DNA of 64,000 nucleotides from an archaeon (lineage in GTDB: Archaea > Micrarchaeota > Micrarchaeia > Norongarragalinales > UBA97). The stretch covers positions 1-64,000 of the forward strand of contig JAGVFW010000011.1 in NCBI GenBank assembly GCA_020057405.1, written 5' to 3'. A program made the translations under genes and the position numbers. The notes under the pieces were generated by a model. The model was not told where the DNA came from, made no database searches, and worked only from the letters and a program-made list of their open reading frames with translations. Positions 18,259 through 27,972 of the stretch are shown piece by piece. Position 1 is the first letter of the stretch; every line of letters starts with the position of its first letter.

Positions 18259-19422
18259 ATGCTGCATCCGCGCCTCATTAAAGACGCAATCCACGACTCG
18301 ATTGAGCTTAGCGACGTGGAGTTGGCCGTCATCGACTCACCTCTTTTCCAGCGCCTGCGGTTCGTGCGCCAGCTCTCGACCGCCTATTTAGTCTACCCGA
18401 GTGCGATGCACACGCGGTTTGAACACTCGCTTGGCGCGATGCACTTGACGGGCGTCCTTGCGCGGCGCTTGGGCTTTCCTGAAGGCAAAGTGCGGGCCCT
18501 GCGCCTCGCGGCGCTTTTGCACGACATTGGCCACGGGGCTTTTGCACACGTGAGTGACCCGCTCTTGCAGGAAAAGACGGGAAAAATGCACGAGACGCGC
18601 GGGCTTGACCTCGTGCGCCGAAGCGGGCTAAAGGAAATCGTCGAGGACGCGGGAGTCAGCCTCAAGGAATTAAGCCGGCTGATGGAAGGCAATGACGAGG
18701 GTGCCATTATCACTAGGGACCTGGGCACCGACAGGATCGACTATCTCTTGCGCGACGCGCACTTTACTGGAGTGGCGTACAGCACGATTGACGCAGACAG
18801 GCTCCTCCACACCATGGCTTATCGCAAGGGCGAGTTGTTTGTTGAAGAGCGGGGAATGTTGGCTGCCGAGAGCCTCCTGGTTTCAAGGCACTTCATGTTC
18901 AAGGCAGTCTACTACCACCCCACCGTACGCATATCTGGCGAGATGGTCGCCCAGGCGATGCGCGAGGCCCTAGCCGACGGGCGGATTGCGCTTAACGACA
19001 TTGCCCAAGGCAGCGACGAGCGGCTGCTCTACACGCTTGAGGCGGCCGGAAGCGACTTGGCGCGCAGGCTGCTTGAACGGCGGCTCTTCAAGTCAGCCTA
19101 CTCAGTCGACTTTCGCCGGGGCGCGGGTGCGCTTGCGACGGTCCGTTCAGCCGGCTTCAGGAAGCGCTTTGCCAAGCACATGGAAGAAAACGGGTTTATG
19201 CAAGACGATTATTTGGTGTCGTTGCCTGACAGGCGGGAATCGCACTTTAGCGCCAAAGTCTTGCTAAAGGACGGCAGGACGACTACCCTTGACCAAGCAA
19301 GCGGCCTGGTGCGCGCCCTTGAGGCCGAGGGGCCGGAAAGCCCGCTTATTGTCGCCTGCAAGCCCGGGCTAAGGGAAAAAGTTGCAAAAGCGTCGAAAGC
19401 GTTTTTCAGCCGCTTACGCTAG
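18259..19422 (+). CDS. HD-domain phosphohydrolase (dNTP triphosphohydrolase/YwfO-like)
   Basis: FQRLRFVRQL, HTRFEHSLG, LLHDIGHGAFAH, DRIDYLLRD, VYYH. Confidence 0.92.
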   Translation: MLHPRLIKDAIHDSIELSDVELAVIDSPLFQRLRFVRQLSTAYLVYPSAMHTRFEHSLGAMHLTGVLARRLGFPEGKVRALRLAALLHDIGHGAFAHVSDPLLQEKTGKMHETRGLDLVRRSGLKEIVEDAGVSLKELSRLMEGNDEGAIITRDLGTDRIDYLLRDAHFTGVAYSTIDADRLLHTMAYRKGELFVEERGMLAAESLLVSRHFMFKAVYYHPTVRISGEMVAQAMREALADGRIALNDIAQGSDERLLYTLEAAGSDLARRLLERRLFKSAYSVDFRRGAGALATVRSAGFRKRFAKHMEENGFMQDDYLVSLPDRRESHFSAKVLLKDGRTTTLDQASGLVRALEAEGPESPLIVACKPGLREKVAKASKAFFSRLR

Positions 19423-19577
19423 CGGGCGAAAATTTGGAGAAGAAGCTCGATGACGATTACGAAGACTGCAAATCCGACGACGAGCTTTGGGTCAAGCTGG
19501 ATGTTGCTTGCGCTCACGTCATAAAATCGCATGAGCCCGGTGCTTCCCGCGGGTGCGGTAATGCGCTCGTCTGCCAT
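19419..19577 (-). CDS. secG: preprotein translocase subunit Sec61beta/SecG
   Basis: P.GSTGLMRFYD....IQLDPKLVV followed by a single TM. Confidence 0.85.
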   Translation of the reverse strand: MADERITAPAGSTGLMRFYDVSASNIQLDPKLVVGFAVFVIVIELLLQIFAR

Positions 19578-19620
19578 AGTCTTTATTAAATCGGCAAACG
19601 CATTTAAAGCGTTGGTTGTA

Positions 19621-20481
19621 ATGGCGGACGACATCAAGGGCGTGCTAAAAGAAATCCCCAACATCATAGTTTTAATCCTGCTAATCGCCGCGCTCTTATT
19701 TGTCGCAACCAAGTTCAAGTGGGTTCACTGCAGCCAAATCCCGCAGTGGTGCGATGTCTACTGCCGCATCACGGGCAACTCGCAGGTGGCAGTAATTTAC
19801 GGCGCTCCCGACGACCCGGGCACCGGCGATGCTCTTCTCTTGCGACGCAGGATAACGGCCGAGCGGCTCTTTACTAACGTCGTGCCGTTTCGGTCAAGTG
19901 AATTGTCGGGGGGTATCCTCGATGACTACGAGATGGTGGCCCTAACCCAGTTCAAGCGCATCACTTTACGCGAGGCGATTGTATTGCGCGACTTTCTTAA
20001 CAAGGGCGGGTCGCTCTTGTGGGAGGGCGACGCTGCAAGCGAGTACAGGTTTAGCGGGGAGGACGACACTTACGCGAGGCAGATGAATCTCACGAGCCCC
20101 GGCTTCTACGAGGCATTCAAGGACGCGGTCGTCAACAAGAGCAAGGGATTCGGCATTTTGGGCGACATTCTTGGCGCGCAATACAACAAGACCGTGCCCG
20201 CAAACCCGCAAATCATCCGCATCAAGGCGCTCTCCGAAAGCCACATGGTAGTGCAGGGAGTCAAGAACTTCAACCTCTCCCGCGCGCCCTACGCGATTGT
20301 CACCGCCGACCCGCGATACTCCACCCAAGTCGCGGTTTTCAGGACGCCGGACGACAAGAGCCACCCCATGTTCCTCGATAGAAAGTACGTGGGCCGGCTG
20401 TTTTACACTGCAGTGCCCCTCGAGTACATCGACAGCCGCACGCTTTTGACCAACGTAATGGACTACATGGTGACGTGCTGA
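19621..20481 (+). CDS. membrane-anchored hypothetical protein (class I glutamine amidotransferase-like fold?)
   Basis: N-terminal TM; LRDFLNKGGSLLW; HMVVQGVKNF shared with the next gene. Confidence 0.65.
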   Translation: MADDIKGVLKEIPNIIVLILLIAALLFVATKFKWVHCSQIPQWCDVYCRITGNSQVAVIYGAPDDPGTGDALLLRRRITAERLFTNVVPFRSSELSGGILDDYEMVALTQFKRITLREAIVLRDFLNKGGSLLWEGDAASEYRFSGEDDTYARQMNLTSPGFYEAFKDAVVNKSKGFGILGDILGAQYNKTVPANPQIIRIKALSESHMVVQGVKNFNLSRAPYAIVTADPRYSTQVAVFRTPDDKSHPMFLDRKYVGRLFYTAVPLEYIDSRTLLTNVMDYMVTC

Positions 20482-20576
20482 GGGGAAAGAAAGAGTTTAA
20501 ATACGGGAGAATGTTTTATAAACTGCAACCAGTAAAATCAGATACGCTGTTAAAACTCTTCAATGGTGATGAATTT

Positions 20577-21422
20577 ATGAAGCGCGGTCAGGCTTATGTT
20601 CCTTCGGGCGGCAGCCACATGTTCGAGAGCGCCATCCCGCTCATCCTCATCGCCATTCTCGCAATCTTCATCGCAGGGCGCTTCGGCATCATCGACTTTA
20701 GCGGCGTCCCCGTGCTCAACAGCATCTTCCCCTCGCCGAAAATTGTAGTCGGCGTGGTCGGACGCGCTTCGCCCGAAATGGAGCAACTGCTCCAGAGCGA
20801 GGACTTTAGAGTCGCAGGAGTATACTACGCCGGCAACATTGACCAGCGCGTAGTCTACAACGGCGTGCTCAACAACTTCGACGTAGTCATAGCCCAAGGC
20901 GACCCCGTCTGCGACAGAACAGCTAGGAAGGTCATGGGAGACCGCGTGAAGGCTGGCGGCAAGCTCATGATAATCCAGGATGCCTGCACTCGCGTAAGCG
21001 ATGACAGGGCAGCGTTTGGCTGGGACATTGGCATCGGCAGCCTTGGAGACGTAGTGCCAGTAATCATCGGCGGCGTTACCAAGGAACTCACGCCGTGGAC
21101 TACTGAACCCCGCGCAGGCAAGTTCAAGATTATCGACGTCGAGCACCCGATATTTAATGGCGTGAAGAACTTCCAGTTCTTCTCAACCATTACCTTCATC
21201 ACGGTGCCCAAGCCCAACGCGCGCATCCTCGCGTTCATCGACGCGAGCTCGATTGGCAGGCCGACCGGCGAGAGCTGGTTTGCCATCGTCGAGAGCCAGG
21301 GACTGCTTTCAGGCAAGGTCATTTACTTCAGCTTTGACCCCGCCACGGTTGCAGTCCAGGGCGGAACCGGCAGGAACATGTTCCTCAACACCCTGCTCTA
21401 CCTGCGCGGCGCAAAGGGCTAA
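20577..21422 (+). CDS. membrane-anchored hypothetical protein, paralogue of 19621-20481
   Basis: GGTGA RBS; MKRGQ start; VKAGGKLMII; HPIFNGVKNF; GKVIYFSFDP. Confidence 0.65.
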   Translation: MKRGQAYVPSGGSHMFESAIPLILIAILAIFIAGRFGIIDFSGVPVLNSIFPSPKIVVGVVGRASPEMEQLLQSEDFRVAGVYYAGNIDQRVVYNGVLNNFDVVIAQGDPVCDRTARKVMGDRVKAGGKLMIIQDACTRVSDDRAAFGWDIGIGSLGDVVPVIIGGVTKELTPWTTEPRAGKFKIIDVEHPIFNGVKNFQFFSTITFITVPKPNARILAFIDASSIGRPTGESWFAIVESQGLLSGKVIYFSFDPATVAVQGGTGRNMFLNTLLYLRGAKG

Positions 21423-21511
21423 GTCCCACTCCGCTGGCCTTTTGGCCAGCTCTTTTATTTTTCAAAACCCCCCAGCGCCTAGCTTTTAATTCACTTCGAG
21501 GTTAGCATAGC

Positions 21512-24442
21512 GTGGCTCCCTACCTTGACTCGGCCTCTCACGAGGGCTGGCACGAACCAGAACAAGCGCCCCTGCAGTTTCCCTCAGGCGAGCCGCCAAA
21601 ACCAGTTACCCTCAAGAGCATAGGCTACGGCATCCTCGCACTCGCAATCCTGGCGGCGCTCCTGGCAATGCAGGCGCCCGAAGAGCCCAATGAGAAAACA
21701 ACTTCCGGCACGTCATCAAACCTGCTAAGCAAGCTCGGCTCGACAGTGACGCGCGTAGCCAACGCGATACTCGGCCTAGAGCCCAAAAAACTCGCTGCAA
21801 CAGTAAACGACACGAAGAACGCGATTTCAACTACGCCTGCTCCAACACCGGTAGCGACGAGCCCAACGCCTTCCCCCACGCCCGACCCCTGCGCTTGTCC
21901 TGGCATTTACACGCCGGTCTGCGGCTCTGACGGCAGGACTTACTTCAATGTTTGTGTTGCAACCTGCGAGGGGGTCTCAATTGCGCCTGCAGAGAACTGC
22001 GTGAACTCGAATCTTCCCATAGTCACGCCCCGGCCAATGCCCTCGCCAGGCTCGCAAGGCAGTCCCACACCAACACCCTGTCCATCCTGCAGCCCAACTC
22101 CCACTCCAACGCCGACGCCTTCGCCCACGCCAACACCCTGCCCATCCTGCAGCCCAACTCCCACTCCAACGCCTACCCCGTCACCGACTCCCACGCCTAC
22201 TCCGTTTCCAGCGGACTTTTTCGTTGCGCCAACCGCTTGCAGCGACTCCAACCCGGGAACGCAAGCGCAGCCGTTCTGCACTATACAGAAGGCGCAAGCC
22301 GAAATCCGCAGCCTGATTGCGGGCGGCATGGCCAAGGACGCGATAGTGGCGCTGAGGGAAGGCGTTTATCGCATCAACTCGACCATTAACTTTGGCGCAA
22401 GCGATTCTGGCAAAAACGGCTTCAAGGTCAAGTACGTCGCGTACCCCGAGGAAACGCCGGTCCTTCGCGCCAGCCGCGACATCACGGGCTTCGCTCCAAC
22501 AGGCCAACAAGGCGTTTTTTCGACCAACCTGCAAAGCGCGGGCTTATTCGACAACGGTTCGCTCGTGTTGTTCTACAACGGTCAGCTCCAGCAGCCGGCG
22601 CGGTACCCAAATTACCGGGCCCCGGACTTTGGCGCGATAGACCCGTGGGCCGGAAACTTCCTGTACGCGACCGCGCCGAGCTTGACTGCGGACCTCAAGA
22701 TTTACTACGACACCACGAAGCTTGACGCCAGCGGCTGGACGACCGCCCCCGGGAGCCAGGTGGTGATTTTTACCGGCCCCAACTACGTCAACAGCTTTGG
22801 TGGAGTGGCAAGCATCAGCCAAAGCACTGGGACAATCAACATAGCGCGCATAAACAACCAAAACCAGTGGAGCTGGGACTCTGCGTGGCCCTATGACATC
22901 AGGGTCGGCAACAGGTTCTACATCCAAAACGTTCGCGAGGCGCTTGACGCACCCGGCGAGTGGTACTACAACCCGCAGACGAAAGACCTCTTCTTCTATC
23001 CGCCCGCGCCAATGGGCCAAAACGACCGCGTTTCGCTCCCGGCGGCCTACGACATCATTCGCGTCGAAGGCGGCCAAAACATGGAGTTTAGCGGCCTCAC
23101 CCTCGAGGAAGCGTCGGGAACAGGCTTTCTTTTGCACAACAGCAACAACATCGTGATTGCCAACAATGAAATCCGCAGCATAGTGATGAACGACAACAAG
23201 CACCCGGGAACATGGGGACGCGTCTGGCCGTACGTCTCCTCGCGCGGCATTTACGCGTACGCCGAGGCGGCATCCGACCCGCAGTTCGAAAACATCGTGA
23301 TAGAGAACAACTCAATCCACGACATCGGCGGCGAGGGAATAAGCCTGGGGTCGGCCTCCACAACCCAGGCAAACCAAGACAGGTCAAACGAAGACTACCA
23401 CTTCAAGAACCTGGTTCCGCACAACCACCGCATAACATACAACAAAGTCTATGACACGGGCAAGGTCGCCGCCGGGACTACCGCAATCAAGTTCCGAGGC
23501 GTTGGCATTACGGTATCGCACAACGAGGTCCACGACGTGCCCCGCATAGGCATCGGGTTCCAGGGAAACGATGACATAATCGAGTACAACCTGGTCTACA
23601 ACGTGAACCGGCAGACGGAAGATTCCGGCGGCATCACGCACGGCTCGCGCGGCTGGACTTACCGCAACAACACCATCCGCAACAACTTCGTGCACGACAC
23701 CGGCGGCTACGCGTTCAACAACAGCGGCAGCGGCCTCTACGAGTTCAACAAGTTCAGTTGGGGAATTTACCCCGACGACTTTTCAAGCCAGTTTGAAATC
23801 CACGACAACGTTGTTGCCCGAGCTTCCAAGGGCATGGTGCAAATTCATTCGGGACGCGACAACTACATCCACGACAACATCGGCATTGAAGGCGCCTACA
23901 GCGGGCTCTACGCGCAAGGCGAGTGGGGAAAGGCAGCCGACAACGCCTCCTTCCAAAACATGTGGAACGAGGTGCAGAACCTTGCCGGCTGGGGCTTCGA
24001 CACGGCAAAATACTATAGCAAGTACCCGCTGCTTGCCAACATACCCAATCCCGCAACCATGGCCGAGAACACGGTGTTCGACAACAACAAGTATGATCGC
24101 AACATCATCTACTACCCGGGGCACGCGAGTGCTCCCGCTTACTGGGTGCGCCACATCATAGGCACTCCAAACACGGCATTCACCAAGAACCTACTTTGGA
24201 ACGGCGGCGGCTCGATTTTCGTGCAGGAACCCGAAGCGGTATCCCACGGCGGCAGCTACACTTGGACCAATGGCGCCTACGTAGCCTTCTACAACTGGAC
24301 GTACTGGAAGCAAATGGGCTACGACGCAGACTCACTAATCGCCGACCCGCTCTTCACCAACCCGGCTGCAGACGACTACACTCTCCAGCCGTCGTCGCCC
24401 GCCTGGGCACTCGGCATGCACAACGTCATCGTGCCACGGTAA
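21512..24442 (+). CDS. membrane-anchored Kazal domain + PT linker + right-handed beta-helix (pectin-lyase-fold) protein
   Basis: TM; Kazal [22 protein letters not shown]; [17 protein letters not shown]; LDAPGEWY; repeated I.NN.(I/V)HD; ADPLF.NP...DY.L...SPA. Confidence 0.85.
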   Translation: MAPYLDSASHEGWHEPEQAPLQFPSGEPPKPVTLKSIGYGILALAILAALLAMQAPEEPNEKTTSGTSSNLLSKLGSTVTRVANAILGLEPKKLAATVNDTKNAISTTPAPTPVATSPTPSPTPDPCACPGIYTPVCGSDGRTYFNVCVATCEGVSIAPAENCVNSNLPIVTPRPMPSPGSQGSPTPTPCPSCSPTPTPTPTPSPTPTPCPSCSPTPTPTPTPSPTPTPTPFPADFFVAPTACSDSNPGTQAQPFCTIQKAQAEIRSLIAGGMAKDAIVALREGVYRINSTINFGASDSGKNGFKVKYVAYPEETPVLRASRDITGFAPTGQQGVFSTNLQSAGLFDNGSLVLFYNGQLQQPARYPNYRAPDFGAIDPWAGNFLYATAPSLTADLKIYYDTTKLDASGWTTAPGSQVVIFTGPNYVNSFGGVASISQSTGTINIARINNQNQWSWDSAWPYDIRVGNRFYIQNVREALDAPGEWYYNPQTKDLFFYPPAPMGQNDRVSLPAAYDIIRVEGGQNMEFSGLTLEEASGTGFLLHNSNNIVIANNEIRSIVMNDNKHPGTWGRVWPYVSSRGIYAYAEAASDPQFENIVIENNSIHDIGGEGISLGSASTTQANQDRSNEDYHFKNLVPHNHRITYNKVYDTGKVAAGTTAIKFRGVGITVSHNEVHDVPRIGIGFQGNDDIIEYNLVYNVNRQTEDSGGITHGSRGWTYRNNTIRNNFVHDTGGYAFNNSGSGLYEFNKFSWGIYPDDFSSQFEIHDNVVARASKGMVQIHSGRDNYIHDNIGIEGAYSGLYAQGEWGKAADNASFQNMWNEVQNLAGWGFDTAKYYSKYPLLANIPNPATMAENTVFDNNKYDRNIIYYPGHASAPAYWVRHIIGTPNTAFTKNLLWNGGGSIFVQEPEAVSHGGSYTWTNGAYVAFYNWTYWKQMGYDADSLIADPLFTNPAADDYTLQPSSPAWALGMHNVIVPR
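22064..22183 (+). repeat. 60-bp tandem duplication encoding [20 protein letters not shown] x2
   Basis: Two near-identical 60-nt units starting at 22064 and 22124. Confidence 0.85.
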
Positions 24443-24494
24443 GTGTGAGAAAGCTTCACTGCAATCAGCTTTTATTTGCTAACGCAATTAGGGG

Positions 24495-25052
24495 ATGGCA
24501 ATGGCTCCCTATCACCTAGACGCCGACCAGCACGAGGGCTGGCACCAAGAAAGGCAGCCCGCGCCCCAGCTTCCTGAAGACCATGCGCCAGAGCCTTTCT
24601 CGCTCAAGCGGCTTGCGCTATCGGTGCTCGCAATAGCGATTGTCTCCGCCATGCTGATGGTGCAAGTGCCTTCCGACGCAGCCGAAGGTGCCACGCACTC
24701 AACCACCCTAGGCTCAAAGCTCGTCACCGCAGTCGGCGTCGTGGCGGATGCCATTCGCTCGTTTGCACCGAAGAACCTGTATGAAAAAGGCGGCGCAGAA
24801 GGCAACCTGCAGGGGACCGCCAATGCCTCGAATCAAACCGACCCCACGCCCATTCCGACCCCCGATTTTGGCGCGTGCGGCTGTGAGCGCGCGTACAAGC
24901 CAGTCTGCGGCCGCGACGGCATCACCTACAACAACACGTGCTTTGCCACGTGCGCGGGCGTCATCATCGCTGCTGCTGACGACTGCGTTACTGCAAAAAC
25001 GGCTACTCCGAGGCCCGTCGTCGCGCCCTACGGCACGCCGGTGCCGAGCTGA
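24495..25052 (+). CDS. TM + Kazal protein without a catalytic module, paralogue of the 21512 N-terminus
   Basis: MAPY..D...HEGWH shared with 21512; Kazal CERAYKPVCGRDGITYNNTC.A.C; ends shortly after the Kazal domain. Confidence 0.8.
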   Translation: MAMAPYHLDADQHEGWHQERQPAPQLPEDHAPEPFSLKRLALSVLAIAIVSAMLMVQVPSDAAEGATHSTTLGSKLVTAVGVVADAIRSFAPKNLYEKGGAEGNLQGTANASNQTDPTPIPTPDFGACGCERAYKPVCGRDGITYNNTCFATCAGVIIAAADDCVTAKTATPRPVVAPYGTPVPS

Positions 25053-25063
25053 GTTGTGGAAAA

Positions 25064-25519
25064 ATGATTGTCGGAGTGGACGCGGGGCTGACAACGGCAA
25101 TCGCGTTCGTGTCACTTGACGGCAAGCCCGTTTCCGCCAAAAGCGGCAAGCACTGGGGTTTTGAGGAGGCGATGCTTGCAGTTGCGCAAGGCGCCCCATC
25201 AGTTGAGATAGTGGCCTGCGATACCAATCCTTCGAGCCACTTTGCCAAGCAGCTGGCCTCGGCTTTTGGCGCTCGGGCTTACGTGCCCCGCCATTCGCTT
25301 CCGGTGATTGATAAGGAGCGCATTGCGCAAAAAAGCGGGCTAAAGCTCAAGAACAAGCACGAGCGGGACGCCCTTGCCGCCGCTGTTTGCGCCTGGCGGC
25401 ATTACCAGAACAAGCTAAGGCAAGCCGGAACCAAGGCAGTCAAGGCTGGAAAGGCTGCTGGTGAAGTGCAAAAGCGCGTGCTTGCGGGAGAGAAGATGGC
25501 GTACTTGGTACGAAAGTGA
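25064..25519 (+). CDS. DUF460-family (RNase H-like) protein
   Basis: MIVGVDAGLTTAIA..LDG, ACD.NP, L....K, N.HERDALAAA. Confidence 0.85.
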   Translation: MIVGVDAGLTTAIAFVSLDGKPVSAKSGKHWGFEEAMLAVAQGAPSVEIVACDTNPSSHFAKQLASAFGARAYVPRHSLPVIDKERIAQKSGLKLKNKHERDALAAAVCAWRHYQNKLRQAGTKAVKAGKAAGEVQKRVLAGEKMAYLVRK

Positions 25520-25558
25520 GTCATGCGTTTAAATAACTTGGGCAGAATAATCTGCTTT

Positions 25559-25897
25559 ATGGAACCGACTAAGACTACCGCTCCAAGCGGCGATGCAAAA
25601 CAATCCGCCAAGCCGGCACGGGCACCGTTTGAGGGAAACGTCATTTTTGTGGGAAAAAAGGAACCCATGAACTATGTACTGGCGCTAGTTGGCAGGTTTA
25701 ACGCGGGGGCGGCGAGCGTGGAGCTAAAAGCCCGCGGCCGAACAATATCGAAAGCCGTTGACATTACACAAATCCTAAAGAACCGCTTTTTGTCCGACGT
25801 GCGCATTGCCGACGTCAAGCTATCGACAGAGGAAGTCGAGAACGAGGACGGCACGAAAAGCCGCGTAAGCAGCATGAGCGTAACGCTCTCCAGGTAA
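25559..25897 (+). CDS. albA: DNA/RNA-binding protein Alba
   Basis: [32 protein letters not shown]...SRVSSM. Confidence 0.93.
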   Translation: MEPTKTTAPSGDAKQSAKPARAPFEGNVIFVGKKEPMNYVLALVGRFNAGAASVELKARGRTISKAVDITQILKNRFLSDVRIADVKLSTEEVENEDGTKSRVSSMSVTLSR

Positions 25898-25931
25898 ACT
25901 CCTTAAATCCCGTCCCTGCGTAACGGTTTGC

Positions 25932-27752
25932 GTGAACGAACAGTCACTCGAGGCACAGTCAGAAGAAAAGAAGGGGATGGAGGGATTCGGCCTCGTCACC
26001 CTCCTGCTCGCCATCGGCATGCTGCTGCTCTACTTTAGCGCGGGGGGCGGCGACTCCAAGCAATTTCTCGAAAAAGCATCAAACTCCATCCAAAACCTGA
26101 CTCAAACAATCAGGGAAACGGGAAACGAGCCAACTCCGCAACCAACCCCGGCGGAGATTGGCTCAACGGCAACTCCGACGCCAGAGGCCGAAGGCGAGTT
26201 TGCGCAATGCGGGTGCCCCAAAACCTATTCACCCGTATGCGGTTCCGACGGCAACACCTACTACAATGGCTGCATGGCAAGATGTCGCGGAAAAGAAATC
26301 GCGAACGCCGAAAACTGCGTAAAACCGTGGATAACGCCAGTACCAACGCCCAACCCAAGCTCGACGCCTACACCAACTCCGCTGCCAAGCACGACCCCCA
26401 CGCCCAACCCCTCGCCAACAATTAGCCCCACGCCAAGCCCAACTCCCACCCCGACGCCAAGCCCAACGCCCTCACCGACTCCCACGCCAACCGCGAGCCC
26501 AACGCCACAAGCGGACTTCACTTTCGGCTGGTACACGATGGTCGAAACCGGATCCTTTGCCAACCTCAGTGCAATAGCCAGTGCCGGCGGATCGAACACG
26601 GTAATTGCCTACTCGTGGCCAGCCGAATGCGGCGGCTGGGGACCCACGGTGAACCACTCTTGCTGGAGAAACTACCTTGATGCCGCACAAGCCCGCGGAA
26701 TCAAAGTATGGGCTGAAGTTCCAAGAAACCTGGTCAATGCCCAAAACTTCACGGGATTGAGGCAATTTGCCCAAGGCCTCAGGGGCCACCCGGCACTCGC
26801 GGCGTACTACCTTTCCGACGAGCCCGACCAGGCGTTCTGGCAAAACGACCCTAGGTTCAGCCCACAAAACATGACACTCGCATACCAAGTGCTAAAACAA
26901 GAAGACCCCCAAACGCTAGTAACCCACGTGGTTGTGCAAGTGGGCTTTGGCGTTTACCCGCAACTCGACTGCAGCGCGTACGGCGACCCAAGCAAGCACC
27001 ACCTAGGGTGCCACAAGCCCTACGGACAAAACACGGCCATCTACAACGCTAGCACTTGCGGGGAACGCGATTTGTGCAACCTCGCCTACTACGAACCGTC
27101 CGCCGACATCCTCTCTACCGACTACTACCCGTTCGAGTATGGACTCGAAGGCCAAACCATCAAGAACGTGACAGTCTACCCCTACTGGCCCTTCGACCGC
27201 ACCAAAAAATGGAGCGAATACGCCAAAGCCCGGGGCAAAAACTACGTAGCGATAGTGCAAGGAACCTACTGGCTCGACCGGCTTATTTCGATGACGCCCG
27301 AACAACTGGAATTGCATCCCACAAAACAAGAATACCGCTTCTACTCAATAGGCAACATGCTGGAGGGGGCAACCGGCATCATCGCATTCGTTGCCTACCG
27401 CTCTTCCCAAAATGTTAGGAACAACATCATCGCACCCGCCTACAGCGACATACAATCGTACAAAAAACTATTTTATGACGGCATCGCGGCGTCATGTGTT
27501 CCGGCCCAGGAATGCGCGGAAGTAATAGCAAAAACCACTCAAGACGGAACCGACGGAACACTTATTGGTGCGCTTAACGCCAATTTCACAACTCAGCGAA
27601 CCATCACGCTTGCCCTGCCCGCCCCGGTCACCTCGGTCAAGCTCTTTGAAAACGGCGTCCTGCAAGACTACCCCGGCCTAATCAGCATAAACGGAAACGC
27701 CATTACAATCCGGTTAGAACCCCAGCAAGCAGTACTGCTAAAAGCAAGCTGA
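25932..27752 (+). CDS. membrane-anchored Kazal + PT linker + glycoside-hydrolase-like TIM barrel
   Basis: TM; Kazal [20 protein letters not shown]; [42 protein letters not shown]. Confidence 0.8.
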   Translation: MNEQSLEAQSEEKKGMEGFGLVTLLLAIGMLLLYFSAGGGDSKQFLEKASNSIQNLTQTIRETGNEPTPQPTPAEIGSTATPTPEAEGEFAQCGCPKTYSPVCGSDGNTYYNGCMARCRGKEIANAENCVKPWITPVPTPNPSSTPTPTPLPSTTPTPNPSPTISPTPSPTPTPTPSPTPSPTPTPTASPTPQADFTFGWYTMVETGSFANLSAIASAGGSNTVIAYSWPAECGGWGPTVNHSCWRNYLDAAQARGIKVWAEVPRNLVNAQNFTGLRQFAQGLRGHPALAAYYLSDEPDQAFWQNDPRFSPQNMTLAYQVLKQEDPQTLVTHVVVQVGFGVYPQLDCSAYGDPSKHHLGCHKPYGQNTAIYNASTCGERDLCNLAYYEPSADILSTDYYPFEYGLEGQTIKNVTVYPYWPFDRTKKWSEYAKARGKNYVAIVQGTYWLDRLISMTPEQLELHPTKQEYRFYSIGNMLEGATGIIAFVAYRSSQNVRNNIIAPAYSDIQSYKKLFYDGIAASCVPAQECAEVIAKTTQDGTDGTLIGALNANFTTQRTITLALPAPVTSVKLFENGVLQDYPGLISINGNAITIRLEPQQAVLLKAS

Positions 27753-27829
27753 AAAGAAAAACGCGAATAACTCGTTTCATCACCAAACAATTATCAGCAC
27801 TAGGAAGATGCACTAAACGCGCAGACCGT

Positions 27830-27940
27830 ACCCTATTCCCCCCCCCCCCGACCGAATCGGCCAACACGTACTCAGCGCCAACCGAACTCGCACTCGATGT
27901 GCCCGACAAGACACTCGCACTCAGGTTGACACCCGGTTAG
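27830..27940 (+). pseudogene. relic C-terminus of a glycoside-hydrolase paralogue
   Basis: TLFPPPPTESANTYSAPTELALDVPDKTLALRLTPG* aligns with [37 protein letters not shown] of 27973-30339; no plausible upstream start. Confidence 0.7.
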
Positions 27941-27972
27941 CGAATTAAAAGCGCAACTCGCGTTACGATAGC

